DNA of 64,000 nt from a virus (Duplodnaviria; Caudoviricetes): positions 96,001-160,000 of IMG/VR virus record IMGVR_UViG_3300028591_000003; one strand, given 5' to 3'. The notes under the pieces are model-generated. The model did not search any database, was not told the DNA's origin, and saw only the letters and a list, made by a program, of their open reading frames with translations. Of the stretch, positions 23,687-34,587 are shown in pieces. Each line of letters begins with the position of its first letter. The first letter of the stretch is position 1. The translations under genes were made by a program, and so were the position numbers.

Positions 23687-24674
23687 TTAGAAATCCTAGC
23701 CATTGGTATGGCTCTCCTCCGCTTAGTTGCTTAAGTGTAAAATTAAATAAATATTCTTAATTGCTGGAAAGCTAAGTCTTTTAAGATACGCTAATCAGCA
23801 GCGAAGCCTAAGATAACATGAACTCATAGAGAGATGCTTAGGAACGTTCATCGACTAGTCTGAATAGACGTAGGAGAAGAATACTCCGAAATGGAATAAA
23901 TCTAAAATTTAAATATGGAAAAATATATTGTATATCAAACAACTAATAAAATTAATAATAAAATTTATATTGGAGTTCATTGTACTAATAATCCTGATGG
24001 ATTTGATGGTTATATAGGTTGTGGAGTAAGAATTACTCAACCTTGTACTTATATGAATCCTAAAACTCCTTTTCAATATGCTGTTAAAAAATATGGAACA
24101 GGAGCCTTTATTAGGACAACGTTAGCTAAATTTGATACAGAAGAAGAAGCTTTTGAATTAGAGAAAAAAATTGTTAATGAAGAATTTTTAAGACGAGCAG
24201 ATGTATATAATTTAGTTGAAGGTGGAAAATTTCATATAACACATCAAACTCCAATATATATGTATGACTTAGAAGGAAATTTTGAAATGGAATTTAAAGG
24301 GATTAATGAAGCAGTAAGATATGTAAATCCTGACCATAATCAAAGAGGAGGAAGTCATATAATAAGAGCAATAAATCAAGGTCATCAATATCATGGACAC
24401 CAATTTTCTTATGAAAAGGTTGAAAAATTAAAAAATTTAACTAAACATAGAAAAATGTCTACTGTTGAAAGACCTTATGTTGGAGGAAAAGTTGGAAGAT
24501 ATGATGATGATGGAAATCTCTTAGAGACATTTGAAACAATGACAGATTGTGTTAAAGCTGGATATAAAAATGCTAAATTAGTAGCTTTAGGACAAAGAGA
24601 ACATTGTAAAGGATTCGTATTTAAATATTTAGATTAAGATATAGTCAGGCGACGTGGAAACACGATCGGTTATG
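23687..24674 (+). mobile_element. Self-splicing group I intron (phage IA2-like) in the major capsid gene, encoding a homing endonuclease
   Basis: P1 pairs exon GAGGAGGGU with GCUCUCCUC (23711-23719), giving a U.G pair at the splice site. Core elements: AATTGCTGGAAA (~23759), AATCAGCAG (23793), GTTCATCGACTA (23846), AAGATATAGTC (24636). P7 is GACTA/TAGTC. Terminal G24674. Removal restores the frame: EEG|YTKWQSN. Confidence 0.92.
23915..24637 (+). CDS. GIY-YIG homing endonuclease with NUMOD1-like C-terminal repeats (240 aa)
   Basis: 'YIVYQTTNKINNKIYIGVH', conserved 'EEEAFELEK..YN', and two 'YDxxGNxxxxF' repeats. Its TAA stop overlaps the intron S element. Confidence 0.9.
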   Translation: MEKYIVYQTTNKINNKIYIGVHCTNNPDGFDGYIGCGVRITQPCTYMNPKTPFQYAVKKYGTGAFIRTTLAKFDTEEEAFELEKKIVNEEFLRRADVYNLVEGGKFHITHQTPIYMYDLEGNFEMEFKGINEAVRYVNPDHNQRGGSHIIRAINQGHQYHGHQFSYEKVEKLKNLTKHRKMSTVERPYVGGKVGRYDDDGNLLETFETMTDCVKAGYKNAKLVALGQREHCKGFVFKYLD

Positions 24675-25562
24675 TATACAAAATGGCAATCTAATGTAGA
24701 AAAACACCGTGGTTATATACAGACCCACAGATTTGACGCTTCTTATTCAGCACAGTATGCTGCATTAGAAGATGTATTTATTAAAATTTCAGAAGGTAAA
24801 GATTAGGGTAGTCTAACTGAAACTATTTATAAAATGGATACAGTTTAGAAGAACTTACTTGAAACCTTCCTTACAGGACGTAACCAAGCTTTACTTTTCT
24901 CTAAAGGAAACGTAAATCCTCAAACAGAAAAGCCTACTATAGTTGATCCTGATACTAATAGACCTATTTACATTTCAGATGGACTTATTCCTCAAGTAGA
25001 AGCTTATGCAAGTAAATATGCTTACAATAAACTTACTATAAATGTATTTAAGACTGCTTTACAAGCACTTAATGAAAAAGCAGAAAAGCCTACTGGAAAC
25101 CACTATATGTTTATTGTCAACGAAAAAGCTTGGTATGACCTACAAGATGTATTAGATACATACTTAGCACAATATCATACTGATGGAACTTATCTTTGGT
25201 CTGCTAAGGCAGGAGATTATGTTTCTGTAGGTGCTAAAGGATTCGATACATATAATTACGGTGGAAATTCTATTAGCTTTAAAGTTGATAGAACATTCTC
25301 TCGTGAATATGGTTATCAAAAAGGTTATATGTTAGCATTAGATTTAACAGCAGACAAGACTTCTGCTCAACCTCCTATTGCATTATTTACTTTAAAGGGT
25401 GGAGATATGATCTCTAACAAATATATTGGTGTAGGTGGATTGAACGGATTATCTTCTGGTGAAGTTTCTTCACCTGTAGCTGGTTCTAAACTAATTATGT
25501 GGGGATATTCAAGCTTAGCTGTATTTAATCCTTACAGATCGTATGTTATGAGAGAGCTTTGA
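24675..25562 (+). CDS. Major capsid protein, exon 2
   Basis: 'YTKWQSNVEKHRGYIQTHRFD...YISDGLIPQVE...' continues through two TAGs into ORF 25107..25562 (TGA). Confidence 0.85.
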
Positions 25563-25591
25563 TGCTTAAAATAATTGATTAATAATAGATA

Positions 25592-25634
25592 ATGACTAGA
25601 CAACCACTCAATTGTGCTTGTCTAGTCATATTTT
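25592..25634 (+). terminator. Stem-loop after the capsid gene (terminator or mRNA stabiliser)
   Basis: 12-bp inverted repeat ATGACTAGACAA / TTGTCTAGTCAT followed by ATTTT. Confidence 0.65.
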
Positions 25635-25663
25635 AAAATTTTTATATGTTAATAAGAAATAAT

Positions 25664-26530
25664 ATGGCAGAAAGTAAAAAAGAAATTGATTTATCTTCAA
25701 AAATCATACTTAGAAGTGTACGTGGTAAAGTAGGAAATGTAATAAAAATTCAACCTTGTGTAGATCCTGAAACTGGAGAATATGCAGATTGTGTTAAGAG
25801 AGTAGATTCTAACAATGATATGATTCTCTCAGAAAAGGAGAAAAATGATCCCAATAGAGTATATTTTATAAAAGAAACAGCAACATTTGATGTAGTTGAT
25901 GGAACTACTTTCGATTTAACTGATACTAAACAAAGATTTATTTGGGAAGCTATTCGTCATTGTCCGTTAATTGCTCCAGAATATTATGCTAAGGACAAAA
26001 ATGGAAATTCATTAATTAACGGAACTCCTGGAGATTATACCTTAAAAGATTATTTAAATAGAAATCCAAGACGTTTTGGTATTGCAGAACTTTATGTTGA
26101 ACGTCCTGGAGTTGAAGCTAATCGTAGAGTATCTCGTAAGAAACTCAAACACGATGCTGAAACATATATTTATAATGATGAAAGAGGTTATGATGGAAGA
26201 GTACTTAAAACTAAGTTACTTGGACACAGAATGGATGGAATGGCAGATGCTGATGTAACAGATTATCTATTACAAGTTGCTGAAAAAGATCCTCAAAAGA
26301 TTATTAATCTTTATACAGGAGGAGATTCAGCTGTTAGATTATTATTTATAGAAGCTAGAGATAAAAAAGTCATTCGTTATAAAGATAAACTTTACATGTA
26401 TGCAGATATACTTCTAGGAGCAACTGATGATGCTGCTATATTATATCTAAAAGATCCTAAAAATGCTAATGTTTTAAAACTTATTAAAGAGGAAACTTTT
26501 CCTGAATTAATGGGTAAAAAAGAAAAATAA
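25664..26530 (+). CDS. Head-module protein downstream of the capsid gene (288 aa)
   Basis: ORF 25646..26530 with probable start at MAESKK (25664). No TAG. Function unknown. Confidence 0.75.
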   Translation: MAESKKEIDLSSKIILRSVRGKVGNVIKIQPCVDPETGEYADCVKRVDSNNDMILSEKEKNDPNRVYFIKETATFDVVDGTTFDLTDTKQRFIWEAIRHCPLIAPEYYAKDKNGNSLINGTPGDYTLKDYLNRNPRRFGIAELYVERPGVEANRRVSRKKLKHDAETYIYNDERGYDGRVLKTKLLGHRMDGMADADVTDYLLQVAEKDPQKIINLYTGGDSAVRLLFIEARDKKVIRYKDKLYMYADILLGATDDAAILYLKDPKNANVLKLIKEETFPELMGKKEK

Positions 26531-26538
26531 TTCTTAGC

Positions 26539-27576
26539 ATGACAGCGAGAGAACTTTATGAAGGGGTTCTAATAGAATTACAAAAAGAAAGTGCCCCTAA
26601 TATCTTACTTGAAGACTTTAATTATTTTGCTAATAAAGCTGTAAATCAGTATGTAAATAAGCGTTATAACATATATGATACAAATCAACAGACTACTGAT
26701 GATTTAAGAGTATTAAAATCAAATGCTATTTTAATCCCTAAAAAAGTAAAAGACATATATGATGGACTAACATTAGTTGATTCTGGAATGGCTACATATT
26801 ATGTTGAACTACCATCTGATTACTTACATTTATTAAATTGTATTTGTATATATAATATTACAAAAACATATAAATGTTATAATGCTGGAGATACTTGGAG
26901 AGCAGCTGCCACAAAATTAACCGCAGATGCTTATTCACAAGTTATTGATAATTTTTGGACTAAACCTACATATAGAAGACCTTATTATTATATACATACT
27001 GTAAATCAATATAATACAAATCCAACTAATCCTTATAATTCTGATAATGAATTTGGAACTGATATAAATGCAGTAAAAGATACAACAAAAAAAGATGCAA
27101 ATGGTGTATCTATAGTAGAATAGGATGGAGGTATAATTTAGAGTATTGATTTAAGAAATAGTTTGTCTAGTACTATACAAGCTTCTTTAGTATAGAGAAC
27201 TGCTGGAGTACGTTACGGAAATGTTTCTAAAGTAAGAATGGAAATTCGTTATGGTACTGATACTTCTGTATTTACTTTAGATCACTCTGATAATCCAAAC
27301 TCTCCACTTAATAAAGGAGGAAAAATATATATTGATTATATAAAAGCTCCTTAGCATATACGTCTTACACAAAAACAAATTGATTATACAGAGGATCAAT
27401 CTCAAATATTAGAGTTTCCAGATTATGTATGTCAAGAGATATTAAATGAGTTGGTAATTCTTATCATGGAGCATATCTCTGATCCTAAGCTCCAAACATT
27501 CCCAGTAGTTAGTTAGTCTATTGCTAATCCAGCTCAGGCATAGGCCCCATAGGCACAGGGTTAGAGTGCTCAATAA
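26539..27576 (+). CDS. Putative head-tail adaptor/ring protein (345 aa)
   Basis: ORF 26539 extends via TAG to TAA 27574-27576. 'ELPSDYLHLLNC', 'IDYIKAP(Q)', 'LEFPDYVCQEIL'. Assignment from motifs and gene order. Confidence 0.65.
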
Positions 27577-27591
27577 AAATAATTTTAAATT

Positions 27592-28665
27592 ATGTTTAAT
27601 TTCACAACTCAAACAGTTTACAATTAGATTTCTACTACAGGTGCAAATAAAAACTTGTATGTAGCAGCAAATGGAAAAAAGCCAGCTATAAGAGTTGGTA
27701 ATACTAGATTTGATGCAGATAGTATTTTAGATATTCAAGTTAAAAATCCTACAGTAGAAAATCTAGCTAAAGTAACTTTTGATTTATCTAAGGTTCTTAT
27801 TCCATAGAATTCTACTGATAATGAAATAACAGCAAGAATTGTTCTTTATGTTGGACTTTCTATGAATAGTCAAGATGCTTTCTATGCAAATGACTTTGTA
27901 TATAAAGGAAAACCTTTATTCATCGAATTTCCCGTTAAGAAAACTGATACTGTTGATTTACTAGCAAAGAGAGTAAAAAATATCGCAGATAAGTATCTAC
28001 TTGTTATGATGGGTACTGAAAAGATTCTTGATGTAACTTTTGAAGGTACTGCTGCTTCTGGTGATGATCCTGCTACAGGTACAATTACATTTACAGGTGT
28101 AAATGGTTATCAATAGATTAAGAAAGCTATTCTTCAGAAATATGATCCTGAAGCTAAAACAGTAGATTGCTGCTCTAATCAAGGTGAATATATTGATGTA
28201 ATTACCGGTGTTCCTGTAGTTTATACTACAGATGCTGATGGTGTAGTAACTACAAGTAATAATAAGATCGATGCTGATGGCAATACAGTTGCTCTTGAAG
28301 AAAATGAAGTAGCAATTACTCCAGGTCTTGAAGCATTTGGTGATTACAATTGGTTAATCCATAACCTAAGACTTCCAACTGCTGCAAATTATTATCCCTG
28401 GTCTCCTGCAAATAGAATGGGAGAAATTCCTGTTCCTGGACAACAATATACTTAGATTATTATTCGTATGATTAAGGAACGTGATGGAATCATGGGAGAA
28501 ATTGTTGGTGCTAGAGGTACTTCTGTAACTACTCATGTTCTTTATGTTGCTGGAAAACCAACAGCAGGTGCTGCTAAGACCGTATTAGACGCTTTCAAAG
28601 CTCTTGATGGTGTAACAGCAAAAATTAAAACTGATGCTGATACTGCTCTTCAAAGCCCTTTTTAA
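27592..28665 (+). CDS. Putative auxiliary capsid/decoration protein (357 aa), short form
   Basis: ORFs 27862 and 28468 are in frame with ATG 27592. Beta-rich sequence. Ends ...CCT TTT TAA at a slippery site. Confidence 0.65.
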
Positions 28666-28697
28666 ACGGGGGAGGTGTAACCCCCTCACCAACACCT
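28656..28697 (+). other. Programmed -1 ribosomal frameshift signal (C CCU UUU plus predicted H-type pseudoknot)
   Basis: Heptamer 28656-28662 directly before TAA, then a 5-nt spacer. Stem 1 is GGGGG (28668-72) / CCCCC (28681-85). Stem 2 is (A)GGTGT (28673-78) / ACACC(T) (28692-97). The -1 frame is open for 124 codons. Confidence 0.8.
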
Positions 28698-29036
28698 ACG
28701 CCTATCCCGGTAGAGGGTGACGTACAAATCTTTGACGACCCCGAATGCACACGATACGCTGACGGCTCTGTCGCAACGGTTTATGCTCGAATTAATGTGC
28801 CGTGGGGATTTAATGGAGGTTGGGCTGTAGGAAGTACACAGCAAGCAGGCACTCTCCTGGAAGCATTTGGACCAACTACGGCAAATCCAAACGACCCTTA
28901 CGCAATTTCAGTGTGGAATTATTGGGTCTCAAACGATTTTGACACACCTTTTGAGGCAGGTCAAATCGTTGAACTTCAACCAAATCCGAATGCTGACCCC
29001 ATCGCTAACCCGAACGTCATCTTTACCAAACCGTAA
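28662..29036 (+). CDS. -1 frame C-terminal extension (124 aa) of the decoration protein: Pro/Thr linker plus unknown domain
   Basis: Reads LNGGGVTPSPTPTPIPVEGDVQIFDDPECTRYADG... into ORF 28797..29036. No ATG start in this frame. Much more GC-rich than the flanks. Confidence 0.7.
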   Translation, partial: LNGGGVTPSPTPTPIPVEGDVQIFDDPECTRYADGSVATVYARINVPWGFNGGWAVGSTQQAGTLLEAFGPTTANPNDPYAISVWNYWVSNDFDTPFEAGQIVELQPNPNADPIANPNVIFTKP

Positions 29037-29117
29037 TGACACACTCAAGTCGTCATCTAGAAAAAGCAATCGCCGCGGCGTAAACAAATTTTAGTAGATA
29101 CTTATAATTATTTTAAT

Positions 29118-29157
29118 AAGCTAGACCAGGCCTAAAAAGGTCTAGTCTAGCTTTTTT
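29118..29157 (+). terminator. Rho-independent terminator
   Basis: AAGCTAGAC-CAGGCCT-AAA-AGGTCTA-GTCTAGCTT hairpin followed by a T run. Confidence 0.8.
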
Positions 29158-29164
29158 ATTTTAT

Positions 29165-29878
29165 ATGGCTTGGACATCAATTAAACGGCTAGCTGATGCT
29201 GTATTTAATGATATAGTTAGTGGACTTCGTGGTTATCACTAGAATATGTCAATGTCAAAAGAACAATTAGAAGAAGAAATTGTTCAAATGAGGCTAGCAG
29301 TTATTAAAGAATATATGTTAAAAGGAATACTTCCGATAGACGATTTATTAATGTCTATTAATTGTGTTCCAGTAGATTGTGATACTTTAGACAAATGTAA
29401 ATGTGGAGGATTAGTTTGTGGAGAACCTACAGCACATTTTCAAATACCTTAGATACTATTTGATTATGGTTTAGGAAAATCTATAAAATATATAGGATCT
29501 TCTGATAAAAGACATTCTTTTTTAGTATATACTAAACCTATAGATAAAATAAATACATATCAAAAATATAGAAAAAGAGGAAAAAATAAACCTTGGGTTT
29601 ATGTTGATGTAACTCCAAATTCTGAAGGATTATTAGATTGTTATATTTTTGGAGCACCTCTTATTAAGCAAGTTTCTGTTGTAGCTATATTTAAAGATCC
29701 TAGATAGTTAGAAGAATTTCAGTGTAATTGTGACGGAAGTGAAGATAATTAGATGGATATTAATTTTAATTTTTTGGATATTATTATAAAAGATAGACTT
29801 ACATAGCAAAAATTAAGATATTATCGTCAATATTAGGCTCCAATTCTTCCTAACGATTAGACTTATAGCGCCGGATGA
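29165..29878 (+). CDS. Putative tail ring protein (237 aa)
   Basis: ORF 29246 extended in both directions via TAG. Cys cluster 'CVPVDCDTLDKCKCGGLVC', 'VAIFKDP', ends 'PND(Q)TYSAG' then TGA. Confidence 0.65.
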
Positions 29879-29880
29879 TT

Positions 29881-30570
29881 ATGAATTTAAATAATTTTCA
29901 TTATATAGCAGTACTTCTAGATTAGTTTTATGGGTTAGAATTAGAAGATGAGGAATTAGAAGAAATGGGTTTAATGGGATGGGAATTAATCGGAAATAAA
30001 AATACTAAACTTTATCAATTTAGGACTTGTCCCGATTCTAATAATTCAATAAAATTACCTTGTAATGCATCTTCTGTAGAATCCGTTACAACTTCTTATG
30101 AAGATTGGAAAAGAATTACAAACTATTCAGAAAACGGAGATCAAAGAACATCATTCATAGAAAATCATATAGAAGCAGAAAAAATTTACAGAAGTCCTTA
30201 TTATATGTCTGGAAAATTAATTCCTTATGAATTAGTAGACGATACTTTATATTTTACTGGAAATTATGGTACACTGAATATCTTATATAAAGGTATTTTA
30301 GTTGACGAAGAAGGTTTGCCAATGCTTTCAAATAAAGAAGCTATGGCAATAGCTACTTATATCGCATATTATTTAAAATATAAAGAAGGTTTAAAAACAA
30401 ATAATACAGGAATAATTAATCTTGCTAATAATTTAGAATAGAAATGGCTTAAACAGTGTGATTAGGCAAGAGTAACTCCATTAAGTCAAAATGATATGAA
30501 TGAAATACTAAACATAAAAGATAGTTGGAATCGTCACAATTATGGTTTATCTTATAAACCTATACATTAA
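29881..30570 (+). CDS. Putative tail tubular/ring protein (229 aa)
   Basis: Includes ORF 29965. 'ILYKGILVDEEGLPML...AIATYIAY'. TAA 30568-30570. Confidence 0.7.
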
Positions 30571-31016
30571 TGCATTGGGCGTTAGGTTGGGCTTGTAATC
30601 TTAATGATATTTTTGTTCGATTTCCATACGAAAAATGTAAACACTTAATTCAAATTTATAAAACTAAAAATGAATAGAGATAGAAAATAAAGCAAATCTT
30701 TAGAACGGGAGTTGAAATAATTTTGAATGATATTATAGAAAATAATTCTACATTTCAACTTCCTTCTTTAGGTTATTATGGTGGAGAAATTCACTTTGAA
30801 CCTGTTAAAGGAGAAGAATTTATAAATTTAAGATCTAAAGGTAAATTCTCTGGAATAGATTTTTTAGAGACTATGTTTACTGGATATCAGCTTTATCTAT
30901 ATTTACACGGAAAAAGAGACAATTTCTTAGCTAGAAGAAAATATCCTATTTATATGAATAAATTTTATAAAGAAAAATTAGAAACTCTTGCCAATAACGG
31001 ACAAATTTATTGTTAA
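30570..31016 (+). CDS. IHF/HU-like protein (148 aa)
   Basis: TAATG overlap. Helical N-terminal part followed by 'NDIIENNSTFQLPSLG'. Occupies the position of the IHF-like genes in crAss tail modules. Confidence 0.55.
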
Positions 31017-31582
31017 TGAAGATAACTACTATAGATGATTATGTTGATGCTGTATGTGAAAAATATCCAGAAATTCCAAAAGATGAAATAAAAAGAATTT
31101 TAGTTTATGGCTTTAAAATGATATTATAGTATATAAGTTTTGGAAATGATATATCTATCATGTCTAATAAATTCTTTTTATTCATTGGTAAAATTCCAAG
31201 TTCTGCTTTAGCTGCTTTTAACACTTATTGTTATAAACTTGCAAAAAGAATACAATATATGTTTAGAAGAACTAAATCTAAATGGGATGGATATTATTAT
31301 TTTGCTAGAACAGAAGATTAGTATTTAAATTACTTAAGTTAGAACAAGAAAAAATATAAAGTATTTCAAAATGTAATGCTTTATAAATTATTAGATGAAT
31401 GTAAAATAAAAGAACACTCTAAACAATATATATTTAGGTTATCAGAAGATAAAACACAGTGGATGTAGAAATTTTACAAAGAAATTAAATCTGATAAAGC
31501 CGAATTAATAATTTAGAGAGATCCTTTAAAGATGAAAGATTTACTTACATCTTAGAATAAATTTAAATATATACAATAGTAA
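31016..31582 (+). CDS. Second IHF-like or hypothetical protein (188 aa)
   Basis: TAATG overlap. 'IDDYVDAVCEKYPEIPKDEIKRIL...GNDISI'. Ends TAG TAA (31577-31582). Confidence 0.55.
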
Positions 31583-31583
31583 T

Positions 31584-34500
31584 ATGGAATAGGCAACGAA
31601 TACATTTAGTAAAGGTCTACAACTTGATACTAACCCTATGATTTAGGGAAATGATTCATTGACAGACTGTCTGAATGGTACAGTAATTACTATGAATGGT
31701 AATGAACTTATTTTACAAAATGATATGGGTAATGGAAAAGTACACAAAGCTTTTTTACCTGCTGGATATTAGCCAGTAGGAATGAAAGAATATGGAGGCA
31801 TTATTTATGTAGCTGCCTATAACCCCATTACTAATAAATCTCAAATTGGAAGTTTTCCTTCTCCTCAAATAATTTTCGATGATAACACAGAAAATAAACA
31901 AGAAATCGAAAAATCAACATCATTAGAGTCTAGATTAATTAAATTGACTGATGATATTCTTCATGCTGGAGATAATTTTCTAGTTTATTCTAAAGACAAT
32001 TTAGATTCATCGAATATTACTAACTATAATAACATATATGGAAATAAAATAAAATCTCCGAAAAATAAACTTTATACCTATTCAATCGGAATATTAAATT
32101 CTTAGAATCAATTTGTAGATATTACATCTTCCTTAAAAAGATATAATGCTAATGGAAATATAATTAAATTTACTGATAACGATTCAGAATTATATAAATT
32201 TAATAGTGGATATTTTATTCCAACAATAATTGATCCAAAAAATTTAGATTATAATAAAGTAGTAAATATATATTCATATAAATTAGTTGGTCCTCTATAT
32301 TTAAAGATTCAAACTAACTATGTTTAGGATTTTAGTTATAGTATATAGGATGCTGAAATAACAACAAAAGAAGATAAAAAATGCTTAGAATTTTCTATAT
32401 CAGGAACATTAATTTATAATTGTCCAGATGGATATGTTGTTCCCTAGAACGAGGTAGAGAAATGGGAACCTGGAGATGATACCTATTATACTTATGAAAA
32501 TGGTAATGTAAAAAATTCAAATGTTTTTGGATTTGATTTGTTTATTGATGGTAAAAAAGAACCACTAAATAAGGATAAAACTTTTTCCGTAACTTATAAT
32601 AAAGAAACTAATTTATATTATACAACAATAGAAGGTAAATATAGAATAGAAGAATTATCACCTGATAAATTTGAAATACCTTATACTATTAAAGTAAAAA
32701 GTCCATTATTAACATATACAGGTGAATCAACATATATAGAAAAACTAAATGATTCTGGAACAATAGAATTATCTTTAATCGGAACTGATGAAGCAAAACT
32801 TTCTGCTTGGAGATATAAGTATGATTCTGGAAATATAATGCTTACTTACTCATTAGATGTATATCTAAATTCTAATAAACAATATAGTGAAATTAATTTT
32901 GAATTTATTGACGTTATAGATAATAATTCACGTCATAAATTAAATTCAACTTATCCAGTTACGACTGGTAGAAGAACTATTTATTTTAGTAATTCTGATT
33001 TTGATAGTCCATTAACAGAAAGAAGATTATATAAAATAAATATGTTCTACAAAATCGGTAATAAGAAAGTACAAATTTTAGGTGAAAACACTAATGTTAA
33101 TAGATGGATATTAACAACTCCGTTATTTAATGATTGTTATAATAAATTGTAGGATTATGGATGGGAACATACTGCTAATAATGAACAAGATATAATTTAT
33201 AATAAACTAAAAGTAGAATTAGAAACTGATGGTGATATAACTTTTAAAAAAGAAGATACTACAGTTAAAACTACTGGAAAATTATTTCCTCCTAAGTCTG
33301 GAAATGTAGAATATAAATATACTACAACTACAAAATATTCTTTAATTAATAAAAAAACAGCAAAAATTAAAAATGAATATCCTTCATTCTTAAGTTTAGA
33401 AGATAGTTCTTTAGAAATACAAGGAGTTAATATTATTTCTGACAATAATATTGTAACTGGAAGTTATGGTACTAATAAACTCACATTAACAGTTACTGAT
33501 ACATTTACTGGAAGTAGAGGAACATAGAACATTAATATATCAAGAGCATTTGATAAAATTATTAATTGTAAAGACATCATAATAGGAAATCCTTCTTATT
33601 CTGGAATATATTTTCATCCTTCTGGTAGCGGTAAACATTATAAAAGAGTTATAAATTATTATAATAAAACAGTTAATATGGATGATAATATATCTGGTTA
33701 TACTGAATCGTTTTTTATAGAAAATCATGTAATATTGAATTTTAATGATACAAGAATAGCTGATTATTATCATGATATTTTTAATTCTGTTAATCAAAAC
33801 TGTAATCTTGTATATTTATTTGTAAAACAAAGTAGTGATAGTGGTCTTACTGATATTTATTATGTAAATGAACTAAATGATGACGGACTTCCACATACAA
33901 CAGACTATAGTGCTAGATATTATTCAAAATTATGGTGGAGAAATAAAAATCACGAATGGACTTTAGTAGATGGATTAATTGAGCGTAATAAGAGTGATAG
34001 TATTATAACTACAATGTTTGGAAATAAAAAAGATAATTATGTTTATTGTGCATATAATTAGTATGATAAATTTAGTAATGATTTTAAAATTCCAATCAAT
34101 TGCAAGTATAATGAATATTATAAAGGCAATGTTAATTGTAATATAAATATAATTTCTTCAAACAAATTACAAAAGGTTGATGATGAAATTAGTAAAATAT
34201 TAGATTTTCATTTAGAATCTACTCCTTTCTCTGAAAATATAGAAATTCCTGTTGAATCTAGTCTTGCTTTCCAAGATGATATACAAAAAGCAATAACAGG
34301 TAATGTGGATGGAATATATCTAGAAACAGGTGCTATAAGAGATGCAAATGGAAATTTATTAAAGAGAACTTAGATATATGATAATAATTTAAATCCAATT
34401 TCAATTCCAGTAGTTGTTGAAACAAGTTCTGCTAATACTGATCATAATATTCTATTATGTTCTCCAACTAATATCGAAAGAAATGATAATTTTAAATATT

Positions 34501-34586
34501 TACTATCAAATAATAGTGCTATAAAAGGAGGACTAGAATTTACGGGAAGTATAATAACAACTATTGGAGCTAGCGATTTTACATAA
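31584..34586 (+). CDS. Tail stabilisation/muzzle-like protein, part 1 (1000 aa)
   Basis: N-terminus 'ME(Q)ATNTFSKGLQLDTNP...LNGTVIT.NGNELILQNDMGN...SQIGSFPSP'. ORFs 31782, 32538 and 33678 are in frame. TAA 34584-34586. Confidence 0.7.
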
Positions 34587-34587
34587 T

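Noticed and set aside
23687-23734. C-terminus 'LEILAIGMALLRLVA' of ORF 23525..23734 as a membrane anchor
   Set aside because: It is read-through into the intron P1/IGS sequence, not part of the spliced capsid protein.
28797-29094. ORFs 28797..29036 and 28867..29094 as independent genes
   Set aside because: The first has only a GTG start and its frame is open back to the slippery site, so it is better explained as the frameshift extension. The second overlaps it out of frame and has no support.
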